A stretch of 64,000 bases of DNA from Phoronis australis (taxonomy: Eukaryota; Animalia; Phoronida). A program made the position numbers and the translations under genes. Location: contig NMRA01000484.1 in assembly GCA_002633005.1 (NCBI GenBank), positions 62,001-126,000 of the forward strand. The letters are read 5' to 3'. Under the pieces are notes generated by a model. It saw nothing but the letters and a program-made list of their open reading frames with translations. It did no database searches and was not told the DNA's origin. Positions 26,965 to 38,692 of the stretch are shown here, one piece after another. The number at the start of each line of letters is the position of its first letter. Within the stretch, counting starts at the first letter, position 1.

Positions 26965-27730
26965 GCAAAAGGTACCCGCTCATCCAAATCCTTTACGGCA
27001 AACAGATGGCGCTGGATGCAATGATGCTTTACTAACAGGCAGCGCTGCTTACAGTCATGTGACATTCTTGTGTGAACTGAATCTTGTGTTGATAGAACAT
27101 AAAATGCAGACGTTTCTACTTGGTAAACCATCAGCCATGGCTAGTCCGGTCTGCTGGGCTCAGTGTTATTGGCTAACGAGACAGTGAACGAAAAAGAAAA
27201 TATCGCTGAGAATAAAACCTAACATGTATATCACCATGTATAATTCAAGCATAATTTAAAAAATATAGTGGTTATATTTCAACCTAATTAAAATTATGGT
27301 TGTGAAGTTGCCAAAATCTCGCCGGGCGGAAAAGTGGCCGGGCCCGGTTTAGTAGCCTCACCATGGTCACGTTCATTGAATATATATTTTACCCCAGCGT
27401 TTAGGCCGAGCAACCACAACAGCGTATATTATTAACACTTTCACCTTAATTATATGTTATAAATAGTTGTTACAAATGGGGTTTTAAACATGGAATGTCG
27501 GACACAAAGATTTCTTTTCCACACAAATTCGCCACTCATCAGGACATACACTGACTGGTTCATAAACTCTCGTGACCTGTGGTTACAGTCAGCAGCAGCA
27601 GAACTTAGGTCAAGGTTCTTCGTTAAGATTCTCTGGCAGACAGTCTTACTTGAGCGATAAAATGACACGTGATTGATGAAAAGCGCCATCTGTTAACCGT
27701 AAAGGTTTTGGATGAGCGGGTACCTTTTGC
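26965..27730. mobile_element. MULE-like MITE
   Basis: 49-bp TIR GCAAAAGGTACCCGCTCATCCAAA... (3 mismatches); 9-bp TSD GTTGTAGCA/GTTGTAGCT; interrupts a Helentron core that resumes at 27731. Confidence 0.85.
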
Positions 27731-29249
27731 GTTGTAGCTCAGGCGTTCTGGTATAATCGTACTGATTTTCAGCCATGTACGTCGAAAAATGCGGCCTTTA
27801 CGAGTAATTGACTGTGAAATTGGATACAAAATGGCCGCCACGTCCGCCATTTTGTATCCGATCAAACCAAAAACAATAGGCTTCCAGGACTTACCAATCT
27901 ACACGTCGTGTGCAAATTTCGTGAAAATCGGACGAAAATTGCTACCTGTAGAGTACGAACAAACAAAAAAACGAGGAGCGAAACTTGGCGAAATTAACCA
28001 AAAAGATGACGATAAAGATGATGACGAATATGACGACGATGTTGGCGAGGATGAACAAAAGAAGTAATAATAACATACACATGACGAACATAGAAGTCAG
28101 ATATCAGAAAGAAAAAGGCTACAGTCTTGAGCGACACTTGGCGAAATTAACAGAAAAGACAACGACAGAGATGATGACGAAGATGATGACGATGATGACG
28201 AATATGATGATGATGGTGGCGATGATGAACAACATCTCCACCTACTTTTATAGAACGTACATGTACAATCAACTACAATAAAGAACAATAGTTGGCGCAA
28301 CATGACGGACGAGCCATGCCTTACAGTAGGAGAGGGCTGGCTGGTTCAGTCTGGGTCAACTAGGCATAACCAAATCAAAGTGAACTGAAAGCCAGCCAGC
28401 TGCGTGCTTGCATAGGTGACCGAAGGAACAACGGTATCCGAAAATCTCAAATAATTCAAAAAGTAGACGTCGTAGCGCAAAATGAAAAATATGTTTTGAA
28501 AGCCCTTTTAAAACTCTATATAAATTGGTAGTTTAGCAAAAATCCAAAAAAATTTCCAGAAAATTGAAAATTTGCCCGTTTTTAAGGAAATTCAAAGTCA
28601 AATAACTCGAAAACGGTAAGTCTGAGAAATACGCTCTTGCAGACTTTTTGAAAGGCCATAGTTTAAGATATCCACATGCAAAAATTCACGTCACTTGCTC
28701 TTCCCGTTAAGAATGCGACACCAGAACGATTGAAACCGTGTGAACATGCGCCAGAGCCGCCATCTTGAAAGTGACTTCCGGTTCAATAATTTTATATAAA
28801 AGATTTTTAAACTCAACAAACACAGGTCCAGTTTGAAAGTGATTGGTTTGCAAATGCGCCCTCTACAGGAAAAAAAGGTTTTTGGCCATATTTCGGGGTG
28901 CGCATGCGCCACTTCCAATATTTCAGCCATCTTTGACCGGAAGTCGACGATTTTCTGCACACTTGCAGCACATGTGTTCTAATATAATTGTTCGGATTTT
29001 CATCCATGTCCCTTTGAAAAATGCGGCCTCTACGAGCATTTGACTGTGAAATCGGACAGAAAATGGCCTCCACGTCCACCATTTTGTATCCGATCATGCC
29101 AAAAACAATAGGCTTCCAGGACTTTTGGATCTACACGTTTTGTTAAAAGTTCGTGAAAATCGGACGAAAATTGCGACCTGTAGAGTGCGAACAACAAAAT
29201 GAAAACGCTTCGAGGAGCGAAACTTGGCGAAATTAACCAAAAAGATTAC

Positions 29250-30740
29250 CATGCTATGAACATTCCCACTAAATAAAATTGGTTCTAACCCCGGTGTTTA
29301 AGGTAAACGGCGGGGTATGGAAAATTGAACTAGACCGTATTTATCCACCTTGGCTGAGACGCGCTCGGCTCATGGTCAAAGGGATGCCGCCAAGCTGCTC
29401 TATTCATCGAGTCACGAGCGAGGATAATTGACTTCGCTCATGCGGATATGATCAGCTGATTACAGTCTAACCTAACAACTGTACTTTTTATGGAGAGAAT
29501 TTTACGTAGTTTTTACTGTAATATTTGAAAAGAGGAGCGAAAACAAATACGAATACAACTTTGAATTTTTCAAATCGGCCCAGGATAAGAGATTTTGCAA
29601 CACAGAAACACTCACGATTACTTTCATTCGGCGCGCACGAATACAAAAATATAGGACCCAAGTTAGGATTGTATAAATGTAGAACTACTCCGTGTGTTAT
29701 TTAGGTTTTGGAAAAAATGCATTTTAATACTCAAAATACGTTTTGTATAGCTATTACAAGCTCTAAAACGACTTTGTGTAATTTCATTGAGATCGTTCTT
29801 TGTCATCCGTCAAACCGGAAACTTCCGAGATGTGACTCTGCGAGCGCACTCACCTTGCACGTTACAGCCGTTTAAGTGAAAAACAATCTAGTAAACGCCA
29901 TTTTCTTGCATAATCCTCCGCCTTTTGTAACAAAAAAGTCTATCGTCGATGACCCGCACACGCACGCTCACTCACTCTCATACGCAGACGACCTTCAAAA
30001 CAAACGTCACGTGACAACAACATGTGTGTTCATCCAGAGATTTTTCTCGTGTTGTGGAGTACGATGTAGCGCACATTTGGACTTAATCGCAATTAATCTG
30101 GACTCCACAGGAACTTTAAAAATTGTAAAACATCAGGAAGATTTCAGGTAATTTGTTGAGTCGAAACTATATTTTTATTCAAGAGTACAAGTTTTCCTAT
30201 TGACGATCGCGATTCAGCGACGCATCAGTCGGCAAGTTTTCGCCCTGTGATGAGCACAATTTTTTGAAAAATTATCGTAATTTAACAACGGAAGTTGATA
30301 GCAATGCACCACAATTTTGTAGAAAGGCTGTCATAGGCTACAAATACGTCACAGAGCGTAAATTTGATGAATCCTAGCTTCCGATTTTACCCGTTTGGGA
30401 AACCGGGTTTCAACTGCCGTAGGCTCACTACAATAAGCGTCCCCTCCCCGTGAAATGAATTTTTCTAAGCGTTTGTTTGAGCCAATACAGTATACAGCTT
30501 TCCACCAAGGCTAGGTGATGCAAGACATTATTACTTGTTCTTTGTTGCATTAAAGTAACTGGTCTTGGCTAATTATCATTTTATGGCCTGGTCATCCATT
30601 CAGCCCAAAGTAGTTCCAGACGTGGCTTATCAGCCAATTATTCACGCATGCTGACTCACAATAGAAGCCTGATAAGAGTGAAGGTGGATAAATGCAGTGT
30701 TCCTACAGTTTCTTGTTTTAGCGGATGTGTTCACGACATG
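29250..30740. mobile_element. Unclassified TIR element with CATG ends and 3-bp TSD
   Basis: TAC|CATGCTATGAACA ... TGTTCACGACATG|TAC; removing it restores the array motif AAAGAT(t)ACGATAAAGATGATG. Confidence 0.75.
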
Positions 30741-33700
30741 TACGATAAAGATGATGACGAAGATGACGAATATGACGACGATGGTTGCGAGGATGAACAA
30801 AAGAAGTAATAATAACATACACATGACGAAAGTAGAAGTCCGAAATCAGTAAGAAAAAGGCTACAGTCTTGAGCGACACTTGGCGAAATTAACGGAAAAG
30901 ATAACGACGGAGATGATGACGAAGATGATAACGATGATGACGAATACGATAGTGGTGGTGGCGATGATGAACAACATCACAACATTCTAATGATGAACTT
31001 AGATGTCATAAATCAATAAGAAATAGTCTACTGTCTAGTTCAATAGAAGATAAACCAACATCAATGCAGCAAGAGCGCTCAACAAAGGAACAGCGTTATC
31101 AGAAAATCTCAAATAACTCGAAAAGTAGACGTCCTAGCGAAAAATGGAAACCATCTTCTGAAAGCCCGTTTAAAATTCTATCTAAAATGATGGTATAGTC
31201 TAATTTCGTAAATTTTTCGGAAAAAATGAAATTTTACGTTTTTTTTAAGAAATTCAAAGTCAAATAAATCAAAAACGGTAAGTCTGAAAAAAAAATTGTT
31301 AAAGGACATTTGAAAGTATATACTTCAAAGAATCCGCATGGAAAAAGTCTTTTTCTCCTCCCGTTTAAAATCGCACTCCAGCATGACTGAAAATCGGTCA
31401 ACATGCGCCAGATTCGCCATCTTGAAAGCAACTTCCGGTTTTTTTGGCTTGGTATAATAGCATGTCATAAGAAACTATTACCTGTAAAAATTCGAAGGAA
31501 TTGGTTTGATAATGCGCCCTCTACAGGAGAAAACGTTTGTAAGCCAAAATCGAGGTGCGCATGCGCGATTGCCGATATTCCCGCCATCTTTAATCGGAAG
31601 TAAACAATTTCGAGTATAGTTGTAGAAAATTTCCGGTCCATTCACTGTGCCGGTTCTTGGGCTTTTACATAAAAAATTGTAGCCTCCAGAAGCATTTGAA
31701 CCTTTAAATGAAAACAAAATGGCTGCCACAGTGGCCATCTTGAATCTGATTTTGACGAAAAACGATAGGCTTCCAGGACTTCCGGATGTACGTGTTACGT
31801 GTAAATTTCGTAATGATCGGACGAAAATTACGACCTGTATCGTGCGAAGAAACAAAAAAAAAACACGTTATAGATTACGAGAAAAGACAACGACAGATAT
31901 GATGACGAAGATGACAACCATGACGACGATGGTGGCGATGATGGACAATGCAAGTTATGATATCATTCATATTACGAACGTAGAGGTCAGAAATCTCTAA
32001 GAAATGGGCTACAGTCTTGAGCGACACTTGGCGAAATTATCCAAGAAAACAAGATGTCGGAGATGATGACGAAGTTGACGAATGTGATGATGGTAGTGGC
32101 GATTATGAACAACATCATAACATTCACATGACGAACATAGATGTCATAAATCAATAAGAAAAAGGGTACGGTCTAGTTCAATAGAAGCTAAACCAACATT
32201 AATGCAGCAAGAGCACTCAACAAAGGAACAGCGTTATCAGAAAATCTCAAATAACTCAAAAAGTAGAAGTTGTAACGGAAAATGGAAAACATCTTCTAAA
32301 ACCCGGTCAAAATTCTATCCAAATTGATAGTATCACACAATTCTGCAAATTTTTTCGAAACAAATGAAATTTTGGGTTTTTTCTTAGAAATTTAAAGTAA
32401 AATATATCGAAAACTGTAAGTCTGAGAAAAAAAAATGTTCAAGTTTATTTGAAAGGGTGTACCTTAAAAAATCCACAGCCAAAAATTCACGTCATTTTCT
32501 CATCGCGTTAATGTGGCACCTCAGCACGACTGAAAATAGGTCAACATGCGCCAGAACCGCTATCTTGAAAGTAACTCTCGGTGTTTTGGCTTTGTATAAT
32601 AGTATGTCATAAGAAAGTAATACCTGTCAAAATTCGAAGGAATTGGTTTCATAATGCACCCTCTACAGGAGAAAACGGTTTTAGGTCAAAATCGAGGTGC
32701 GCATGCGCGATCACCGATATTTCCGCCATCTTTAACTGGAAGTAAACAATTTCCGGTATACTTGTAGCAAACTTCCGGTCCATTTACTGTGCTGATTCTT
32801 AGCCTTTTACGTAAAAAATTGTTGCCTCCAAAAGCATTGTGAACCTTTAAATGAAAACAAATGGGCGTCACAGCCGCCTTCTTGGATCCGATTTTGACGA
32901 AAGACAACAGGCTTCCAGAACTTTCGAAAGTACGTGTATTGTGTAAATTTCGTGATAATCGGACGAAAATTGCGACCTGTATCGTGCAAACAAACAAAAA
33001 AAAAAAAAACTTAGTGGAAGAGCAACATACTTTACGAAATTTATTTCGCCAAGTAAAAACGAGAGCGCTTTGAGGAGCGACGCTAGGAGGAATTAATCGA
33101 AAGACGACGATGGGGAGGGCGAGCACAATCAAGACGATCAAAGCGGCAATTATGAATAACGCGATAACATTCATGTCACTAGCGAAGAAATCAAATAGAG
33201 AGCATAAAATTCAACTACAATTAAGAACAATAGATGGCCCAACATGACGGAATTCCAGTCTAGAGTAGGACAGTGCTTGCTGGGTCAGTCGGTGTCAACT
33301 AGTCATAACCAAAACAAAGTGAACTGAAAGCCAGCCAGCTGCGTGCTTGCATAGGTGACCGAAGGAACAGCGGTATCCGAAATTCTCTAATAATTCAAAA
33401 ACTAGACGTCGTAGCGCAAAATGGAAAATATTTTCTGGAAGCCCGTTCAAAACTCTATCTAAATTGATAATTTGGCAAAAATCCAAAAAGTTTTCGAAAA
33501 AAAATGAAAATTTGCCGTTTTTTTTAAAATTCAAAGTCAAATAACTCGAAACGGTAAGTCTGAGAAATACGCTCCCTCAGGCTTTTTGAAAGGCCATACT
33601 TCTAGGAATCCACATGCAAAAATTCACGTCATTTGCTCTTCCCGTTAAAAATGCGACACCAGAACGATTGAATCCCTGTGAACATGCGCCGCAGCCGCCA

Positions 33701-34254
33701 TCTTGAAAGTGACTTCCGGCTCAATAATTTGCTATAAAATCTTATTAAACTCAACAAACACGTGACCAGTTTGAAAGTGATTGGTTTGCAAATGCGCCCT
33801 CTACATGAGAAAACGTTGTTGGCAATATTTTTGGGTGTGCATGCGTCACTTCCTATATTTCCGCAATCTTTTATCGGAAGTCAACGATTTTCTGCACACT
33901 TGTAGCGCATGCGTTGTAGTATAACATTCTGATTTTCAGCCATGTACGTCGAAAAATGCGGCCTTTACGAGTATTTGACTGTGAAATCGCATTCAAAATG
34001 ACCGCCACGTCCGCCATTTTGTATCCCATCATGACCAAAAACAACAGCGTTCCATAACTTCCCGATCTACACGTTTTGTGCCAAATTCGTGAAAATCGAC
34101 GAAAATTGCGACCTGTAGAGAGCGAACAAACAAAAAAATTGCAGTCAGACCAACATACTTTGCGGAAGAATTCCGCCAAGTAAAAAACAAACTTGATGGA
34201 AGACCAACAAACTTGGCGAAATTTATTTCGCCAAGTAAAAATACTTTACTGTGG

Positions 34255-34570
34255 GAATGCGCGATATACAGCGTGATGAAGTGATGCTCAAGAGCGGATG
34301 AGCGCAAATGCGTGCTGCTTGTTGAGCATTCCCCGGCATGAAAACACTTGAGCTCGTAAAACATCCAGCGTTGTATTCTGATTTTTATGCAAAATCACTG
34401 TAACGTTGCGAATTTTGTGGTTGTTGCATAATGTATAAAAGCATCATATCTAGAGTTCGAAATTATGTTTTCGCGATATCATTTAACGGTTGATTTTGCC
34501 ACGCCGTCTGCAATTCAACATAAAGTTTACGTTTTTGTAGATTGATTCAATTTTACCACCTTTCAATAAT
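34255..34570 (+). mobile_element. Continuation of the TTAA-ended element split by the array
   Basis: Inverted homology to 56100-56430 (GGATGAGCGCAAATGCGTGCTGCTTGTTGAGCATTCC). Confidence 0.8.
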
Positions 34571-34630
34571 GTCATAGTTGGTGTACTTTCCGTTAAACCA
34601 GTTAAGTTCCCATTGTAATTTTCAGAGACC

Positions 34631-35105
34631 ATGGCTTCCGCAGACAACATCACATATGACTGCGTCCTGATATTTCACAAGAATGACAGAAAAGAGGCAT
34701 CGGCATACCTAAGAGAACTCCAAGGTCTGAAAATAACAAGCTGTCTTTACGATGACCCTTCGGCAATCCCTAAAGACGAGCTATACGAGATGGATAAGAT
34801 TTCGTACTTACTTCAATATTGCCGTGTATGTTTGGTATATATGAGTGAATCATTATGCAGACAAACAGACGAGGACAGACAAGCACACGAGGACAAACAA
34901 GCAAAGCATGTTGTCTACATGGCTCTGGATGCTATTTTGGATGACGAAGAAAGTCAATTCAAAAACAAGTTGATTCCATACTACCCTACAACTAAGCAAA
35001 ACCTCAGTGCCAGATGGAGGGCTTTGAGGCCAATAAGCGGACTACAACGAAAGAGTCACTATTATGAAAATCATCTAACTCAGATTTTTCCGGAACTCAA
35101 ACAAG
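34631..35105 (+). CDS. First coding exon of a TIR-domain protein (TICAM/TRAM-like TIR)
   Basis: Acceptor taattttcAG at 34625, Kozak-like accATGG, intact frame with YDCVLIFH..D...A, ITSCLYDD, CRVCLVYMS, MALDAIL..KNKLIP, ALRPISGL..YENHLTQIF; donor CAAG|GTATGA after 35105 (phase 1). Confidence 0.8.
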
Positions 35106-37084
35106 GTATGAAAGCTCGTCAAGGTCCCATGCAACTACACCCTACCCTTTCAACTTTGAAAACGTTGATAAAGCCCGATCACGCGTTGTTAACCCTTATT
35201 ACGTGGTTAGAGGATGTTATAAGGATCCAAGAAGTACTTACCCCATAACTAATACACAATCCAGACTCGAAAAAATTTAAATGAACGCGCCACGCACGAT
35301 TCGCACCCGACGAACGACCGCCATTTTGAAATTGTTGCGAACCCGGAAGTATAATTCATTCAGGAACCCAGGCTAAGAAAACGCCGTCAGTGCGACTGGA
35401 GCAGTGCTGGTTACCAGCCTTCAAATGGGGATAAAATAATCGACATCACGCCATAATTTTAATGAAATCAAAACACGGATAATTTTATCGAATTTGCTGA
35501 AGAAATATGGCGAATAAATTTTGACAGAAATTATTTTGCCGGACTCGGGACCGCAGCCACTCGGACCCGGTGCGGATCGAGGCCAGACACTGGCGAACGG
35601 TAAAGGCATGCGGTTGCAAGCTGTTTTGTCGAAGTAAAATGGTCAAATCATAAATGCTGCATATATTCAAGGGTAGTTTCAGACACTTGCATGAAATTAC
35701 GGGCTGGTTAGTCCTGTGTCACACTGCCGCGGCAGACCTTAGTTAGCCTCAGTCACCAGCTACCAGTGAAGACTATAGTCAAAATATAGCTTGTTAGTAG
35801 GCCTATACAGCTTTTGCGCCAAGGCTACCCTTAGGCCTAACTGGTCGCTGGCCATAAACACAAAAAACACGAAAATTGAACAAAGTTTCTTTTTTGTAGC
35901 AACGTTTGTCAAAATGTATCAATGTTAAAACTTCACAAATTACAAAGTAGCCGATTGAACATGCCTTTCAGTTCAGCAAAAGTCGCCATTGTCGGTGCCG
36001 TCGGAAATGAGACGAAGTCCAACGGGAAGTGTGAGCACATTTATCACTTAATGAGTAACAACTGCGAGGCGGATATTTGGTGAACACTGTTAAATCGTGC
36101 AGAATAGTAAGTAAAGATATATCTAACTAAATTTCACCGTAATTTGTTGGCAAAAACAATTTACACAAAGTTTTAAACTCGTAACTCATCCCGCTGTCCT
36201 CCAATATGGCCGACGCGATCCAAACAAAGTGACCCAAATTTCGCCACAAAACTTGCAATAACTTTACAGTGCTTGCCCCGATTTTGATACTTTTTCGATT
36301 TTTACTGAGTAGAATGTACTACCTTTCCGATGATAGCAAAGTACTTTTTCAAAACGAGGAAAAAAATAAAACCCAAAAAAAATTGGTTCGACCCATATTG
36401 GTTCCTAGGTTCGACCCGCCTACGTAAGGAACTAAACACCAATGCTATTTTAACATACTAAGTACGCGTAACATTCCAAAAAAATCAACGACCACTAACT
36501 ACAAACTATAAATACACTACATATGCAAACGAATCACGATATATTACTAATAAAACAAAATAATGAAGACTTTTCGAGCAAGCCATAGCACATTCAGTTA
36601 CAAGGAAAAAATGGCGGCGTTCATGACAAGTTCCTGAACTGATGAGCCGGAAATGTGGGTACGGAAATAACCGATGACATCCGGTAATCATACGCTCAGA
36701 GAGAAGGGTCAAATGCTGTTAAAAAATCGCTTTTGGCAAGAAAGGCGAAAAGAATATAAAGAAAGGTTGTCGAAAATAATAATTGATGTAGTAATTATTT
36801 TCGGATACTGGAACCACATGGGCAGTTTGCATGAAGGACTTTAAGTAGCGACTCGATTTTCACACTAGGTGGTGTTAGCGATTGAAGGTGGCTGTTCTTA
36901 AATCTGAGTAGTGCGTGAAAATTGAGAGTAGAAAGTCGTTCTTCAGCATAGGAGTGTCTGTTGGTTAAAAGTTCCACGTGACTCACTCAATACATGCTGT
37001 ATACAGGTAGGACCATTGTCTCACTAGCGCCACTGTGTGACTGTGTTTCCATTGCGTGCTTCATTTTTAAAGTATGATGAACTA

Positions 37085-37350
37085 AGGTGTAGATATTGTG
37101 GGATTGCTAGGGAGGACAGGGTACATGTATGTCAGTGCTGTAATGTGACAAGGATTTAAAATGAAATACACTCTTTGCTAGATTGTACTCTGTATAGAAA
37201 CATCTGCTAGAGATACTTAACGACGAATATTAATAACGTTGATTTTGGAAACGTTATTAGTATTGTAAAATCTCAAAACTGTAATGACTTGATAAACATT
37301 TGTGAATACTTGGTGAATACTGAGAAGAAAAGAAAGGCATTGTTAGGTAA
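37085..37350 (+). pseudogene. 3' fragment of a CR1/L2-group LINE ORF2 (C-terminal zinc knuckle)
   Basis: RYCGIAREDRVHVCQCCNVTRI*NEIHSLLDCTLYRNI matches R-C-x2-C..EDExHFLLxCxxY. Confidence 0.65.
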
Positions 37351-37432
37351 AATAATATAATGCAACGGTTTTTGCTTCCTAATAGCCGTGCGGTGATAGT
37401 TATTGTCTATTAATTTCATCGTAATGTGGGTC

Positions 37433-37780
37433 AGTGGAATTCTTTACAGTACACCATGACCATATACATCCGCTGGAGTTCTTCACTGTACACCATGACC
37501 ATATACACCCACTAGAGTTCGTCACTGTACTGCACTATTCACCCAATGGAATACTTCACTATACAAAGTTACCAAATACACACAGTGGAGTTATTCATTG
37601 AATAGCATGACCATATACACCCACTGAAGTTCTTCACTTTACACCGTGACCATATGCACCCAGTGGACTTTTTCTCTAAATATCATGACAACATACGCCC
37701 GGTGGAGTTCTTCACTGTACACTATGACGTTATACACCCATTGGAGATCTTCCAAGACCATATATACCCAGTGGAGTACA
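37433..37780 (+). repeat. 39-bp minisatellite, about 9 diverged copies
   Basis: Unit TACACCATGACCATATACACCCAGTGGAGTTCTTCACTG. Confidence 0.9.
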
Positions 37781-38533
37781 TTGATTTTGTCAACAGGAAG
37801 ATTCGCCTCCTTTATTTTGACTTACAATGTAGTTTATAAGTTAACGATCTGGAAAAGGACCGTCTTGGATTACATAGCATTAAAACTCTCGTTTGTACCG
37901 GCGATAACAAAGTGTGTGATATCATTTTGAAAATTTGTCACATTTTTATATCTTATTCATGTAGGGAAGGCACAATATTTCAGATGACGCATCCACGGGT
38001 ATTTGTCCAGTTTACATGTATCATACTTTTTGAAGTCGGTGTTGCATTGGAAAGACAAATACAGAAATGTAACCGAAGGAAACTTAAATGGTAAAGAATC
38101 ACACACCAAAAATCATGTCACTCCAGTGGCACGAAAACCAGGCAGCAAGTTTGCTAGATGGATAATTTACGGCATCATGGGTAAATGCAGCGAGATTCGA
38201 GTGTCGCCGTCTAATCCGGGACGGCCTTATTGACTATCTCGGAGGGAGCCTCAAACATTGGAATCATACATGTATGTGGTCTCCACTCTGTTTTAAATGG
38301 TATATACCCCTTCGTATTGGGGAATTAAGCAATGCACATAAATAGTGATTTGTGCAGTCAAACCACGAACATTCGATATAATATTCAGTATTTTCTGTGT
38401 GACGTTTTAATTTGCAATCAAGCGTATTACGCGTGTGTAGTAATGTACTCCTTAACTTTACTCAGAAATGGAAGAACTTTGTATCGAACGAGCTTAGTCA
38501 CACCTTAATATGTTTATTTTTCCTTTTCTGTAG

Positions 38534-38692
38534 AACATTTGCCAAGCCATCTGAAGGGTAACGTTTTGATCGACACCAGCAACGATTCACATGGCGATCC
38601 GCATGGCAAACCTCGAGGTGATCCGTCCAATAATCCTCCAATCGACCATGGGTCCCTTGCAGATACAGGTGACTTTAAACGTGACAGCCTTA
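38534..38692 (+). CDS. Probable second coding exon of the TIR gene (low-complexity D/H/P/G linker)
   Basis: Strong acceptor tttatttttccttttctgtAG; phase-1 entry gives E-HLPSHLKGNVLIDTSNDSHGDPHGKPRGDP...; phase-1 donors after 38668 (ACAG|GTGACT) or 38692 (CTTA|GTGAGT). Confidence 0.65.

Larger units (their letters stand above)
20031..34241 (-). mobile_element. Head-to-tail array of about 8-9 Helentron/HINE-like units (~1-1.2 kb each) with nested insertions
   Basis: Repeated ~700-bp core (AAGGAACAGCG...TGCGACCTGTAGAG), subterminal motif ACTTGGCG(A/G)AA, palindromes at 23344-23370 and 34211-34236, hairpin CGCTCC-GA-GGAGCG at 20039-20052; A/T-run flanks and no TSD. Confidence 0.75.

Noticed and set aside
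27789-28303. Asp-, Met/Thr- or Ser-rich ORFs (also near 30642 and 31719)
   Set aside because: Translations of GATGAC-type microsatellite in the array heads; frames are not conserved between units.
20031-34241. CRISPR-like or coding interpretation of the array
   Set aside because: Units are ~1 kb and homologous throughout, with no unique spacers, no cas genes and no conserved ORF.
35106-35248. C-terminal ~47 aa of the 205-aa ORF
   Set aside because: Follows a good GTATGA donor and is probably intron read-through; a short unspliced isoform cannot be excluded.
37965-37998. Possible micro-exon of the TIR gene
   Set aside because: Phase-1 entry hits TGA; incompatible with the 35105 donor.
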